Of a stretch of 64,000 bases of DNA, positions 50,841-62,899 are shown in pieces. Position numbers and translations under genes: made by a program. The notes under the pieces were generated by a model. That model had not been told where the DNA came from, ran no database searches, and saw only the letters and a program-made list of their open reading frames with translations. Numbering within the stretch: the stretch's first letter is position 1; every line of letters starts with the position of its first letter. The stretch comes from an uncultured Chloroflexia bacterium (GTDB taxonomy: Bacteria > Chloroflexota > UBA6077 > JACCZL01): positions 1-64,000 of the forward strand of contig CAVXYC010000030.1 in NCBI GenBank assembly GCA_963765765.1, written 5' to 3'.

Positions 50841-52101
50841 ATGAAGACAAATCCGCCGCTCTCACGTCGAGAGCTTCTTCGCCTGGTCGGTATGAGCAGT
50901 GCCGCGGCATTAGTGGCGGCCTGCTCGCCGGCTGCGCCGGCCGCGCCCACCGCCGCACCGGCTAAGCCAACAGAGGCGGCGGCTACAGCCGGCGGGCTCG
51001 CCTGCCGCTGCGGCTTCACCGGCGGCTTCACCCGCTGCCTCTCCGGCGGCGCAGGCCGCTCCAGCGTCAGCCGGCGCATCCACGGCGGAATGGAACGCGG
51101 TCATTGACGCGGCAAAGAAAGAGGGCTCGGTTGCCGTAGCTACATACGCGGGGACCGGCTATCGAAAAGTGATGGATGACTTCGAAGCAGCATACCCGGG
51201 TGTCAAAGTCGAGCACACCCAGTTTCAGTCATCGTCACGCGATTACGTGCCGCGCCTGCTGCAGGAGCGCAAGGCCAATCTCTACGCCTGGGATGTGGCC
51301 TTAATGCCGGCCCCGGAGATGCTTCGGCAGGTCAAGCCCAATGGAGGTCTAGCGCCCATTCGACCGCTGCTTGTTCACCCTGAAGTGGTCAAGGACAGCA
51401 ACTGGATGGACGGCTTCGAAAGCGGCTTCCTGGACAAGGACAAAGGCTATAACTACGCAATTACTCGGGCGCTCTCACAGTCGCTATGGGTGGATTCCAA
51501 CCAGGTAAGGGATGGCGAGATCAAGACGTTTAAAGATCTGCTGGATCCCAAGTGGAAGGGCAAAATCCTGGCTGGCGATCCCCGGACTAAGGGCTCCGGA
51601 TTCAACCTGGCTACCACACTACGGCTGCGCGTCAAAGATGACAGCATCATCCGCCAACTGTGGCTCGACCAGGAAGCTGTGCTCAACACCGATGCGCGTC
51701 AGCTTACCGAGCAGGTTGCTCGGGGTCGCTACGCGATAGGTCTGGGAGCCATTAGCACGCCCATTCTCCAGGACATGCAGGCGCTGGACGTAGGCAAGAA
51801 CGTGAAATGGATCCCGATGCAGGAGCTGGACTATCTCTATAGCGGCTCGAGCATCCTGCACTATCTCGAGAGCGCACCCCACCCCGCAGCGGCGAAGCTT
51901 TTCATCAATTGGGTGCTTACGAAGGAAGGCAGTACCTCCTTTGGCAAGAACATCCAGGACAACAGCCGTCGGGTAGATGTGGAGCCATTCGATCCCGGCG
52001 TCATTCCGCCAAAGGGCCAGGATTTCGTCTTGCTGGATCTGGAGGAGATTCTTCCCGAGATCGAGAAGAGTCAGGAGATCGCAAAAGCGGTATTGAATTA
52101 G
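50841..52101 (+). CDS. ABC substrate-binding lipoprotein (Fe/thiamine-like class), frameshift near 50995
   Basis: SRRELL Tat-like signal, VAAC lipobox; DLLDPKWKGKI, APHPAAAKLFINW. Confidence 0.82.
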
Positions 52102-52124
52102 GCGATGCCCTGTTCACAGCCGAC

Positions 52125-52154
52125 AGGCCCTGACGGCAGAACACGTCAGGGCCT
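52125..52154. terminator. Hairpin between convergent genes
   Basis: AGGCCCTGACG-N8-CGTCAGGGCCT perfect 11-bp stem. Confidence 0.55.
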
Positions 52155-52218
52155 CTTGTGCCTACCGAGGGCTGGCAGACTAGACCAGGCAGGGTAGCGC
52201 GGCGTCGATGTTGAACGC

Positions 52219-52644
52219 CTAAAGGCGCCCTTCGGTGGCCGAGTCGACTCGGCCACCGAAAAACTTGTCGAGCACCTGCTTGAACAATGGCTCGTCGGGA
52301 GCCGCTCGCAGAAACAACGTCATCGAGGAATGCAGTTTCTGCGCGTCGATGCCACCGAAAATCTGCTCCGCGCCCTGACTCTGCGCCTGGAGAACGAGCT
52401 TCGAGCACTCTTTGAGCCGCGGGCCGAGCACCGGGTGCTCCAAATATGCGATGGCCTCATCCAGCGATGAGATTGCGAACCGGCGCGACATCTCGCTGCT
52501 CCCAAGGCCGGTGATCTGCGGGAACACGAACCACATCCAATGGGTTGCTTTTCGGCCACGACGAAGCTCGTCGACTGCACGGTCCTACGTACCGTTCGCG
52601 TTCTGGGCATCGACGAATCGCTCGAGATCATACGAGTGTGCCAA
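52219..52644 (-). pseudogene. DUF1810-family gene with in-frame TAG at 52587-52585
   Basis: YDLERFVDAQ..GT*DRAVDELRRGRK..HWMWFVFPQI..EAIAYLEHPVLGPRL. Confidence 0.8.
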
Positions 52645-52811
52645 GGCATAGTCCTGTCTGGTCGTCGCTCTGTCCCTCCGCACCAACCAGAAGCCGTGTT
52701 TCGGGCCACTGGTATCAGGTGTAACCGGGCCTGGGCTAAACGAGTGATCGTGATGAGTCGCGGCCAATCGTTCCCATTCATCTTCCATGATGCACCACAT
52801 ATCATTTCGCG

Positions 52812-53960
52812 CTATTTAAAGAACATCTGGTCGAACTTCTCGGCGTACTCATTGTTTCGATTGATCTGATCTGACGTGCGCCGCTGGGGCTTGATGTCGT
52901 TAATCGATGGCCAACCGGGCGGAGCTGGAGCCGTCCGGAGCGCCGGGTACACCTGCACCTTCTCGGCGATGACCTGCTGGCCCTCCGGCGAGGTCCAGTA
53001 GCTCACGTAGAGCTTGGCCAGGTCCTGGCCAGGCGCGTCCTTGACCACACCGAGGTTGGTGGTGACGTTGGTGGAGCCGCCGTCCTGAAGCCAGCTCACC
53101 TTCACAGGACCATTCTTCTCCAGATCGAAGATCTCCTTCGTGATGGAGACGGGCATGAACATCGCGTATTCGCCGCGTGCAATCTGCGCGGGAGCGGCGT
53201 CTCGTTCTCGAACGAATGTGGGCTCCTGCGCCTTGAGCTTCTCGAGGTAGTCGGAGCCAAGCTCGTCATAGGTGATGGTGAAGAACTCGATGCCCGGACC
53301 GCCCGCGCGCGGGTCCTCGATGAGGAGTTTGCCCTTGCCTTTCCAGAACGGATCTAGAAGATCCTGGCGAGACTTCGGGAGCTTTTCGGCGGGTACGAGG
53401 TTGGTGTTGATCACGAGGCCGTAAACGCCTTCGCTGTATCCCCAGCGGGTCTTATCGGCCGTAAGAGGCAGCTCCGGGAGATCAGACTTGTTCGGCGGCC
53501 CTTCCCACTCCGCGAGGAACCCGGGTTGTTCTACACCCAGCATCGTGGTGGCGCCGGCGCTGGCAACGTTGGCGATATATTTGCCGCTACTTGATTCTGC
53601 GGTCAATCGTTGAATCAGTTCCGGACCTCGGAGACTGACCATCTCCACTTCGGTGCCCGGGTATTTCTGACGGAAGGCCGCGGCCATGGGCTCGTACTCG
53701 GGGCCGACGCCTCCGCCGTAGTGAACGATCTTCATCTCGCCGCTAGTCTTGGCACGCTGGTAGTACTCATCCAGCTTGCTAGTTGGCTCGGCTTTCGGCT
53801 GCGCCGCCTGCGGCGCAGGGGCTGAAGCAGCGGCTGGATTGGCAGTCGTCTGGGCCGGCTTGCTTGGCGCCGAGGTGGGCGCCGGAGCGGCGGCGGGGGA
53901 GCAGGCACTGGCAGCAACGGCGAGGATTGCGATCGCTTTCAGCGAGGAAGTCCGAAACAT
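52812..53960 (-). CDS. ABC substrate-binding lipoprotein (paralog of 4389..5612)
   Basis: ASAC lipobox, LLDPFWKGKGK, APAQIARGE, FDQMFFK. Confidence 0.85.
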   Translation of the reverse strand: MFRTSSLKAIAILAVAASACSPAAAPAPTSAPSKPAQTTANPAAASAPAPQAAQPKAEPTSKLDEYYQRAKTSGEMKIVHYGGGVGPEYEPMAAAFRQKYPGTEVEMVSLRGPELIQRLTAESSSGKYIANVASAGATTMLGVEQPGFLAEWEGPPNKSDLPELPLTADKTRWGYSEGVYGLVINTNLVPAEKLPKSRQDLLDPFWKGKGKLLIEDPRAGGPGIEFFTITYDELGSDYLEKLKAQEPTFVRERDAAPAQIARGEYAMFMPVSITKEIFDLEKNGPVKVSWLQDGGSTNVTTNLGVVKDAPGQDLAKLYVSYWTSPEGQQVIAEKVQVYPALRTAPAPPGWPSINDIKPQRRTSDQINRNNEYAEKFDQMFFK

Positions 53961-53974
53961 CAGGAACCTCCGTC

Positions 53975-54059
53975 TTAGGGGCTAAGGGCTGAGGGCCAGG
54001 AGCAGGAGGAGCGATGAATTCAACGTCCCCTAGCCCCTCATCTCTAACTCCTAATTCCC
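53975..54059. repeat. Inverted pair of heptamer-periodic tracts
   Basis: + strand TTAGGGG CTAAGGG CTGAGGG CCAGGAG; - strand GAATTAG GAGTTAG AGATGAG GGGCTAG. Confidence 0.6.
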
Positions 54060-55145
54060 ATTGGGATAAATGACTGCCTTTACCACCTCATACTTAGCCA
54101 TCGCCTGGATGGCATCGTTGACCTCGTCCAGCGAGTAGCTGGCGCTAATCATCTGCTCAAAGGGGTACTTGTCGCGTCGCGATGCCAGGAAGTCCAGCGC
54201 CTGGAGCCAGTGGCGCGGCTCTCCAGACATGATCGTGTAAACGGTGCCTTCGCGCGGGAGCTGGTTCACGTCGATGGACGCTTTACCACCGCCGCCGATG
54301 TTGACATAGCGACCGCCTGTGCGGAGCATATTCAGGCCTTCGGGCACGGCCAGTGAGTTGGCAACCTGAATGACCACGTCCGCGCCACGACCGTCGGTGT
54401 GGTCGCGGACCCAAGTGCGACGGTCTGCCGGGTCTGTCACGTCTTCCAGGTCCAGCACGTCATCGGTGCCCATCTCTCGAGCCACATGCAGGCGTGCCGC
54501 TGGTGCGCCGATCATCAGGACCTGCTTGGCGCCGTGATCGCGTGCCACGGCAGCGGCAAAGTTGCCCAGAGGACCGCTGCCCTGAATCACCACCGTCTCG
54601 TGCGGCTTGACCGCGCCCAGGTTATCGAAGCCGTGCATCACCGTTCGGAATGAGCACGCCGCGGCCGCCGCCAACGGAGACGAGACCGCGTCAGGCACCT
54701 TGACGATGAGGCATTCCTTGGGAACGTACATGTACTCGCTGACGCTGCCAAGCAGATAGGGTGCCTCATCGCTGCGATGATGGCCCCATGACATGCGACC
54801 GGGGCAGGCGCACGGCTGGCAGGCCACGGCGCACCAGTAGCAGGATCCGCAGGCGACGTAGCTCCAGATCACCCGGTCGCCTTTCTTCAGTGGCTGACCG
54901 AGAATGTCGGTGCGCTCGCCGGCAATGTCTTCGATGAAGCCACACGGTTCATGCCCGGTGATCATCGGCAGCGTATCGCCCTGTGCCAGCGGTCCATGCC
55001 ATCGATGCACGTCCGTGCCGCAGATGGTGGATGCGTCGATTTTGACCAGGAGCGATCCGGGGTTGAGATCCGGGATCGGAACGTTTTGAATCTGGAGCGG
55101 CTCGTTGAGTGCGGTGATAATGGCCGCGCGCGAAAATTCTGGCAT
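54051..55145 (-). CDS. Zn-dependent alcohol dehydrogenase (MDR)
   Basis: CGTD, GHE, CGSCYWC...C, GSGPLG. Confidence 0.9.
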   Translation of the reverse strand: MPEFSRAAIITALNEPLQIQNVPIPDLNPGSLLVKIDASTICGTDVHRWHGPLAQGDTLPMITGHEPCGFIEDIAGERTDILGQPLKKGDRVIWSYVACGSCYWCAVACQPCACPGRMSWGHHRSDEAPYLLGSVSEYMYVPKECLIVKVPDAVSSPLAAAAACSFRTVMHGFDNLGAVKPHETVVIQGSGPLGNFAAAVARDHGAKQVLMIGAPAARLHVAREMGTDDVLDLEDVTDPADRRTWVRDHTDGRGADVVIQVANSLAVPEGLNMLRTGGRYVNIGGGGKASIDVNQLPREGTVYTIMSGEPRHWLQALDFLASRRDKYPFEQMISASYSLDEVNDAIQAMAKYEVVKAVIYPNGN

Positions 55146-55297
55146 GTGTCCTCCCTGGTTACCACGGTTGCGTGTTCGGCCGATGCCGAATGCGCAGCGA
55201 CGAGGCCATCATAGCGCCGCTGAGATACTCAGTCACTCTTGATCGCCCCAGCATCTGAAAACCTGTCAAGAGCCCACGAGATCCGCCGTTAGCGGCT

Positions 55298-56251
55298 TTA
55301 CAGCACCCCGATCTCTTTGTAGTACTGCCGGGCTCCATCATGGAGAGGGGCGCCAGTGATCTTCTCATCCCACTGACGATCGATCTGACCCGTAAGGGAG
55401 GTCCAATAGGTGGGCTCGATGATGGGCAGCACCCCACGCACCCCGTAGTCCATCTGGATTGAGGAGAGCTCAATGTCGCGTTTCTTGAGATCGATCGCTT
55501 TGGCCAGGCTGTAGGCGATCTCATCGTCCAGCCGTTCGTGGCAGCTTACGACGATATGCGAGTCGTCGGGCGAGATGAGGTTTGTGGTGATGCCGGGAAG
55601 GAACCCGACGGGCGTGGTGATACGCCGCAGGCCTAGCTCTGACTCGAGCTTGGCCATCACGTCTTCGCGGAGATCGAGGAATCGGTATCCGTGCTGAGCA
55701 ACCCAGGTCCACGCGGAGAAGTCGTAGGCGCTGCCATCGCCGAAGAACGCATCGAGCTCACCGCGATCACGTCGCTCTTTGGCGTCACGCGCCGTATGCT
55801 CCATGGAGCCAATGCTCCCACCCCAGGAACGGATGTCTCCGTAAGAGAAGCCGTAGGCCTTGAGGAACGGCTCGGTGGAGCCCGTCTGTGCGACCATTTT
55901 GAGCGCGGGCTTCCGTTCAGCCAGCTCTTCGAACGTGGAGATATTCAGCTCGGGCGCCACGGCAAAGAGTAGTCGGTCTTCCTGAGGCAGCCAGGCGATA
56001 GTCCTCAGCCAGGGCCTGGCAGGCCCGTTGCTGAAGAAGCCGCGCCCGTTGAACTGATGCTCATTGTTCACCGACTTCGTGTAGACGATATCGACCTCGC
56101 CCTCAGCCAGCCCTTCATCCCCGCGACGGCCGACGAGCACCGTTGCGGTCACCGACATCAGCTCGGAGAGACCTCTGCCGATAGCCTGAGTGAAGCGGAA
56201 CTGCGTGGACCACGATGCATTGAATCGAATTGGTTTCGGTGCCTCGGCCAT
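55298..56251 (-). CDS. TAXI-like substrate-binding-fold protein with no evident signal peptide
   Basis: C-terminal APLHDGARQYYKEIG and AYSLAKAI resemble TAXI receptors; hydrophilic N-terminus. Confidence 0.6.
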   Translation of the reverse strand: MAEAPKPIRFNASWSTQFRFTQAIGRGLSELMSVTATVLVGRRGDEGLAEGEVDIVYTKSVNNEHQFNGRGFFSNGPARPWLRTIAWLPQEDRLLFAVAPELNISTFEELAERKPALKMVAQTGSTEPFLKAYGFSYGDIRSWGGSIGSMEHTARDAKERRDRGELDAFFGDGSAYDFSAWTWVAQHGYRFLDLREDVMAKLESELGLRRITTPVGFLPGITTNLISPDDSHIVVSCHERLDDEIAYSLAKAIDLKKRDIELSSIQMDYGVRGVLPIIEPTYWTSLTGQIDRQWDEKITGAPLHDGARQYYKEIGVL

Positions 56252-56388
56252 GACGGTCTCCTTTGGTCAACAGTGACGGTCACTATTTAACACAGTGCGC
56301 CGAATGTGGCGCCGCGAGTACGGTGTCTCGCGACTCGATACCCGGCAACCGGATGATGCCAGGCGGCGACAACACCTGAGGTCGACCC

Positions 56389-58685
56389 TCAGCGAGATCG
56401 CCCGCGGCGCGGCGGATGCAGCTCCATGGAAACCGTGAGTGGGCCTCGGAGACCAAGCACGTCTACAGCCACGTTGCCATTGGCTGCCCGGTCGAATCGT
56501 AAATCGACGCTGCAATCGGCGACTTGAAGCCGGTGGACTTCGAGGTGATGAACGAATTCGGGCAGTACGGGCCGAACGATGCGAAGCCGACGCTCGAAGC
56601 CGTCCGCTACCAGTCCGAGCATCGTTCGAACGAGATAAGGGACGCTGCCGGCGGCCCAGGCCTGAGGACGACATGCCACGGGATAGCTCACCGGCACTCC
56701 GTATTCGCTGCGTGAAAAGCCCATGAACAGCTCGGGAAGCCGGTAGTCAGAGAAGAGCATCGCGGCGCCAATGACGCCGTCAACGAGCTTCATGGTCTCC
56801 TCATTGAACCCGTAGCGCTTGAATCCGGCAGCAATGATCGAGTTGTCGTGGGGCCAGACCGTGCCCAGGTGGTACCCGGTTGGGTTGTAGGTTATCTCGC
56901 GATCTGAGAGTGTCCTGACACCCCAGCCGGAGAACATGTCAGGCGACATGAGCCTCCTGACTGTTTTCTCCGCTTTGTCCTCCTCCGCTATTCCGGACCA
57001 GAGTACGTGACCGGGGTTGGACGTGAACGAGTCTACGGGCTCCTTGCTGGCCTGCAGCGCGAGCGCGTAAAAGCCCTTATCCTCCAGCCAGAAGTCGCGG
57101 TTGAGGCGGAGGCGCAGGTCCTCCGCCTCACGAAGCAAACTCTTGGCCCGTTCTGGATCACCGGCTCGGTGGAATAGATCGGCCAGATCCACCTTGGCAC
57201 GATAAACGTAGGCTTGGGCCTCCAGCGCCGCTATCGGCGGGCGAGCCAGTGTGCCATCCGCGTTTGGCATGCCGTCCCACGAGTCGCGCCACCCCTGGTT
57301 GGTGAGCCCCACGCCCGATCGCCGTTCATATTCGATGTAGCCATCCTGGTCAGGATCGCCAAATGTGGAGATCCAGGTCAGCGCGCGCTCGATGTTCTCC
57401 CGCGTTCGTGAAAAAGCGACAAACTTCCCGTCCACGAAGCATGCCAGGCGATAAGCAGAAGAAACAGAGGTGTGGCATCCACTGATCCGTAATACGGTGT
57501 ATGTGGAACCTCCCCAGTGCGAGCCATTTCGCCCGTGCGAAGCTCGTGAAGGATCTTGCCAGGTTCTTCGTCGCGCCATTCATTCACTTCGCGTCCCTGG
57601 TAGCTGGCCAGAACCCGCAAAGTCTGTTCGGCGATGCGAGGATCGAAGGCGAGTGTCTGGAGAGCGGTGATCAGACTATCGCGACCGAAGAGCGTGGCGA
57701 ACCACGGAACCCCCGCCGCGAAGTACTCATGATCGCCTACTTTGCTGCGGAGCATGCGCAAGTCGCGCAGTGAGCGATCCACGATGGCATTGAGCGTGAG
57801 GCTGCTGCCGCCGATCTGGGTCTCACCCGCACGCCAATCATCAGACGCACGCCGCAAGTGAGCCTGGAATCCACGCAGGTCCGGTGACCGGTTCGGCAGA
57901 CTTCTCACTTCGTGAGGCAGTTCGGACGCCGCAAGTGAGACGAGCAGCTTTTTACTACTGCGCGGTCCCAGCATGATGCGGAAGTTCCCGGTATTAGACG
58001 TCGGTCGTCGAGGCTGTACCGAGAAACTAATGGCCAGGCTGCGGTGGAGTCCATCTGTTCCGTTGTAGGTAAAGAGCAATTGATGATTTTGCCAGCGTGG
58101 AGGCTTGAGCGATCCTCGGCGCTCGCTGATGGCGCCCCGCACGGCAAACACATCTTCGAAGCCGGCCTGAAATGTCAGTGCGAGCGGGAAGGAGATCGGC
58201 TCGGCACCGTAATTGTGAAAGGTGAACAGATCGTGAACGACGAGCTCATCATGTTGGATAGTCCGCTCCCGCTCGATAGCGAGGTGCTCCTTGTTCAGCA
58301 TCCGTCCATCAGGAAGCAGAATCTCCTGAATCGAAAGCTGCGAGATTGACATATATCCGTGCTGGGTGCTCGAAAGCAGCGTATCCGGGCGAGCACCCGC
58401 GATCGTGATCTCCTATCCATTGAGATATCTGCAATCGTGGTAGTAGAGGCCGAGGCCGTGTGGTCCCCCCAGCGGGATCAGACCTCCCCGTTCGCTCAGA
58501 AGGAAGATGTCACCTTCCTTGAGCGTGACGGCATCGGCGATGCTGCGAGTGATCGACGCGGTCTCCGCGAGCACGCGCTGCCGACGCGCCAGCTCGGTGT
58601 CCCCACCCGACAACTCGGAGCCGTTGACCTCTGTTGCTATCTGGAGACTTCTACCAGCCAGGAGATCATCGGACGACTGAAGCAT
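56389..58685 (-). CDS. Amylo-alpha-1,6-glucosidase / glycogen debranching family, multiply frameshifted
   Basis: GLYYHDCRYL; AGVPWFATLFGRDSLI, EEPGKILHELR, YYGSVDATPL; NQGWRDS, YHLGTVWPHDN, CRPQAWA. Confidence 0.85.
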
Positions 58686-59002
58686 GAATACCCTTGCGCT
58701 GGAACGTAGTTGTCATGTCGAAATTTCCTGGGAGATCATCACGGCTGTTTCCCGACATAGCTGGCTGCTGGCAGAACTAAAGGATTGGTCGAGTGGTGCA
58801 GGCACATCCGGAGCGCCGTCGCACATGAGAGTTCGCACTTCCCGCGCCACACGGATGGATCGTGTGACCCCGTGCCATGGCGCAGATTTTGCGCCTGTCG
58901 GCCAAGCGAGGTGCGCGAGAACCGCCCTGGCGTGGATTCTTCAGGCGCGGCCCTGATCCCGTAATCGCACGTCGTTCATTCAGGAACTCGAGGTGACCGC
59001 AG

Positions 59003-60175
59003 ATGATTCGGCCGCTCCCGCTGTTCAGCTTACTGGGCCTATTGGCAATCTTCGTAGCCGCCTGCTCAGGCGGGGCTGGTGCGACGCCCACTACTGCATC
59101 CAAGGCGGACGCCAAGCCGACGCAGGGCGCCGCCGCCGCTGGAAGTCCCGCGGCAGCCGCGGCATCTCCCGCGGCGGTGGCATCTCCAGCGGCAGCCGCC
59201 GCGTCTTCGAGTGCCTCGGGCGCCCGCCCGGCGCAGGATCCCGGGCCGTGCGTATCAGCAAATGCCACGAAGCCTGTACCGAGTGGCAAGGCGCGCATGG
59301 TCATAGCCACGGGCGGCACGGGGGGCGTGTACTTTCCTTATGGTGGCGGACTGGCGCGTATCGTCACAGCCAAAATGCCGAACACCGAGATGACCGCGGA
59401 AGTCACCGGCGGCTCCGTGGACAACATGAAGCTGATCAACAATGGTGATGCCGATGTGGGAATGACCACGGCGGACTCTGCTTACGATGCGTTCAATGGA
59501 ACCGACGTCTACAAGGACACGGGCAAGATTCCCGCATGCGCCGTGGCCTCGCTTTATCAGAGCTACATTCACATCATCTCTCTCACGGATTCCAATATCA
59601 GGACCGTGCAAGACATGAAGGGCAAGCGGATCTCGGTCGGATCCGCGGGGAGTAGCACCGAGGGGGCAGCGGACCGTATTCTGGAGGTTGCTGGACTGGA
59701 TCCTCGTCGCGATATCACGCGAGACAACCTGGGTGTTGCTGAATCGGCCGCGGCGATGAAAGACCGAAAGGTCGAAGCAATGTTCTGGATTGGCGGTCTA
59801 CCAACGGCGGCTGTGACTGACCTGGTGACATCCCCGGGGATTCGCGTCACGTTCGTTCCTGGTGTGCCATACATCCAACCGCTCAATGCAAAGTTCGGCC
59901 CGCTCTACACGTCGTTTGCCCTGCCCCGCGCTACGTATGCGGGTCTGGACGCCGATGTCCCCGGTATCGGCATTGCGAATATCCTCTTCGTCAACGCCAA
60001 CATGAACGAGGGCCAGGTCGGCGAGTTTCTCAAGACGATCTTCGACAACCTCGCTGAGGTATCCCAGATCCACCCCGAAGCCCGGTCTCTGAATCTGAAG
60101 GACGCCGCAACGCCCACGTCCATCCCATTCCATCCCGGCGCGATCAAGTTCTATCAAGAGCGCGGTGTCTGGTGA
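59003..60175 (+). CDS. TAXI-family TRAP transporter solute receptor (lipoprotein)
   Basis: VAAC lipobox, IATGGTGGVYFPYGGG, TGGSVDN, PFHPGAIKFYQE. Confidence 0.9.
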   Translation: MIRPLPLFSLLGLLAIFVAACSGGAGATPTTASKADAKPTQGAAAAGSPAAAAASPAAVASPAAAAASSSASGARPAQDPGPCVSANATKPVPSGKARMVIATGGTGGVYFPYGGGLARIVTAKMPNTEMTAEVTGGSVDNMKLINNGDADVGMTTADSAYDAFNGTDVYKDTGKIPACAVASLYQSYIHIISLTDSNIRTVQDMKGKRISVGSAGSSTEGAADRILEVAGLDPRRDITRDNLGVAESAAAMKDRKVEAMFWIGGLPTAAVTDLVTSPGIRVTFVPGVPYIQPLNAKFGPLYTSFALPRATYAGLDADVPGIGIANILFVNANMNEGQVGEFLKTIFDNLAEVSQIHPEARSLNLKDAATPTSIPFHPGAIKFYQERGVW

Positions 60176-60295
60176 TCAGCGAATCCACAGGGACGGCGGC
60201 CAGTCATCCGTGGGGGAGTGTGTGAGCTCGCTCACCTGGAATCGGCCGATAGAGACATCAATCACGATTCGGGTCGTGGTGTAGTCGGCCCGCTC

Positions 60296-62667
60296 ATGGC
60301 CGCACGCGGACGGACCGAGGCCCCCGGCGAGGTTGATGACGCGATCTCGAATGATCGCGTCAATCAAATTATCGAAGAGTACGAGTCCGAGTCACGCACG
60401 GAGCGTCGGACCGGTTTCTGGGGTCTGCTGGCTTGGGTGCTGGCCGCGGCTATCTCGATCTACGCGCTGTATTGGACTCAGTACAGCGTCACCACCCACG
60501 TATATCGCGCCACATTCCTCCTGCTGGTGCTGGTGCTTTCGTTCGTGCTCTATGCCATTCATGGTCGTCGGAGCTTGATCGAGTTTCTCGTCACGGTGGG
60601 GATCGGCGTCGGGCTTTTCGGCGTTTACTGGCCGACCGCGCCCGCCGCTGCTAAAGCGCGCTTTTTTGAGGATCTCACCCAACCAGCGGTGCTTGGTGGG
60701 ATCATCATCACGCTGGCCGGGTTAGCCCTGTACGCGTATCGAACTCGACGAGATAGTCGCGCGGTACCCGCGTATGACGTAGCCCTATGTCTTGCTTCGA
60801 TCGTTAGCCTGACGTTTCTCGTGATGAACTACGAGTCCGCGCTTCAGCGCATTGTGAATCCCACGGCCATGGAAGTGTCCATGGGTATCTTGCTGGTTGT
60901 GGTGATCCTGGAGGCCACGCGACGGACTGCGGGATGGGCCCTTCCACTCACCGGGGTGCTCTTCCTTCTATACGGATTTCTCGGCCCATATGTGCCCGAG
61001 CCGTTCGACCATCGCGGATACGCAGTACCGAGGATCATCGGTCAGAATTTCCTGACGCTTGAAGGCATTTTTGGCGTCCCGCTGGATGTGGCCGCGACGT
61101 TCATCGTCCTTTTTACGATCTACGGCGCGGTGCTCGAGTACAGCGGCGCGGGCAAGTTCTTTATCGACTGGTCGTTCGCGGCACTCGGAAACTCACGCAG
61201 CGGCTCCGGGCCCGGACGTACGACGGTGGCCGACCGGATTCCTCCTGGGGACGGTCTCCGGTAGCGGTGTAGCAACCACAGTCACGTTGGGCTCCCTTGC
61301 GTGGCCGATGCTCCGCCGAGCGGGCTACGACCGCGATACCGCTGGCGGTGTTCTGGCAGCCTCGGGTCTGGGCGCGATTCTCTCGCCGCCTACACTGGGT
61401 GCGGCGGCTTTCTTGATCGCCGAGTACTTGCGCATCTCATATCTCGAAGTGCTCGTCATGGCTATCGTCCCGACGATCCTCTATTACCTGTCCTGCCTGC
61501 TGATGATTGAGGCGGACTCTCGGCGCATGGGTACACGGGCCGTGGAAGTGCAGTCCATGGCGCTCGGCGAGCTCACGCTGAAGTACGGCTACCACTTCTC
61601 ATCACTCGTCGCCGTCGCCATCTTAATGGCAATTGGGCTTACGCCGTACATGGCCGTGTTCTGGTCCATCGTTGTGGCGTTCACTCTGAGCTTTGTACGA
61701 CCCGAGACACGCTTGACGTCACTGGGCGCGCTCGCGGTCGGCTGCGTCGTTGGCGTGGTGGTCCTTGTGACCGGTGAAATTCCTTCGCGTGCCGCCTTCT
61801 GGGCCATGATGACCGCGGCGGGGGTTGTGACTGTCATAGCTGTGCTGAGGGCTCTGAACGTAGGCGTTGCGATCCCCGCATTCGGCGCACCCGGATCTGG
61901 TGACTTCCGCTTGCTCAAAGCGTTCGAGTCGGGCGGGCGAGGGACGCTCTCAGTTGCTGCCACGACAGCCGCGGCTGGACTGATCGTCTCCATCGTCACA
62001 CTCACCGGACTTGGACTGAAGATCTCCGGAATCATCGTGGCGCTATCAGGCGGTATTCCGCTGCTGACCGTTCTGTATGCAGCACTGGCCGTATGGGTGC
62101 TGGGTCTGGCAGTACCAGTCACTGCTTCCTACATCATCGCGGCGGTGATGATCGTACCGGCGCTTCGAGAGATTGGCGTGCCGGAGGCGGCCGCACATAT
62201 GTTCATCTTCTACTACGCGGTTCTCTCGGATGTCTCCCCGCCTACGGCGCTCTCTCCATTTGCCGCCGCCGCGATCACGGGTGGCAATCCCTTCCGCACA
62301 ATGATGCGCACCTGGAAGTACTGCCTGCCCGGCATTCCTTGTGCCATTCATGTTCACGCTGAACCGCGATGGCGCCACTCTGTTGCTCCTAGGTGATGGC
62401 GGTGTCCTATCAGCGAACCCCCTGATCGCTATCTGGACCTTCCTCACCGCATGCATCGCCGTGGCGGCGTTGGCCGTCACGTTCGGCGGATGGTTCATCC
62501 ATCAGGCAACCATGCCGGAGCGCGTGCTCATGGCCGCGGGCGGTCTTGCGCTGCTCTACGCCAGTACGACGACAGACCTTATTGGGGCGGCTTTGCTGCT
62601 CCTCGCCGCTGCCTTGCATATCATGCGCCCGCGAAGAAGCCAACCGTCACTCACGCCGTCAACGTAG
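60296..62667 (+). CDS. TRAP transporter 4TM/12TM fused permease, frameshifts near 61230 and 62330
   Basis: LEATRRTAG, EGIFGVP, GTVSGSGVA, PPTLGAAAF, HMFIFYYA..SPPTAL. Confidence 0.85.
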
Positions 62668-62704
62668 GCATTGGTTCTTCTCCTGCTAGAGGCCGCGTAC
62701 GGGG

Positions 62705-62899
62705 TTAGTGCCAGGTGCCCAGGATGGCGCCCATCATGGTGAAGGTCACTACGTGATACCTGGCGTCAATGGCCAGCAGTCTGAGAGGGCGTCGCGCGAA
62801 CATGAATGTGGTTCCGAGCGACGTGGCCACCTAAGTGAACCCGACGAGGAAGCCGGCGGTTATGCCGAATGCGAGATCCGCGGATGGACCAAGAAACAT
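62705..62899 (-). pseudogene. DUF1761-like membrane protein C-terminal fragment with TGG->TAG stop
   Basis: MFLGPSADLAFGITAGFLVGFT*VATSLG..FARRPLRLLAID..MGAILGTWH*. Confidence 0.6.

Noticed and set aside
58780-58855. tRNA-like motifs (GGTCGAGTGG ... GAGTTCGCAC)
   Set aside because: No acceptor stem or anticodon arm can be formed.
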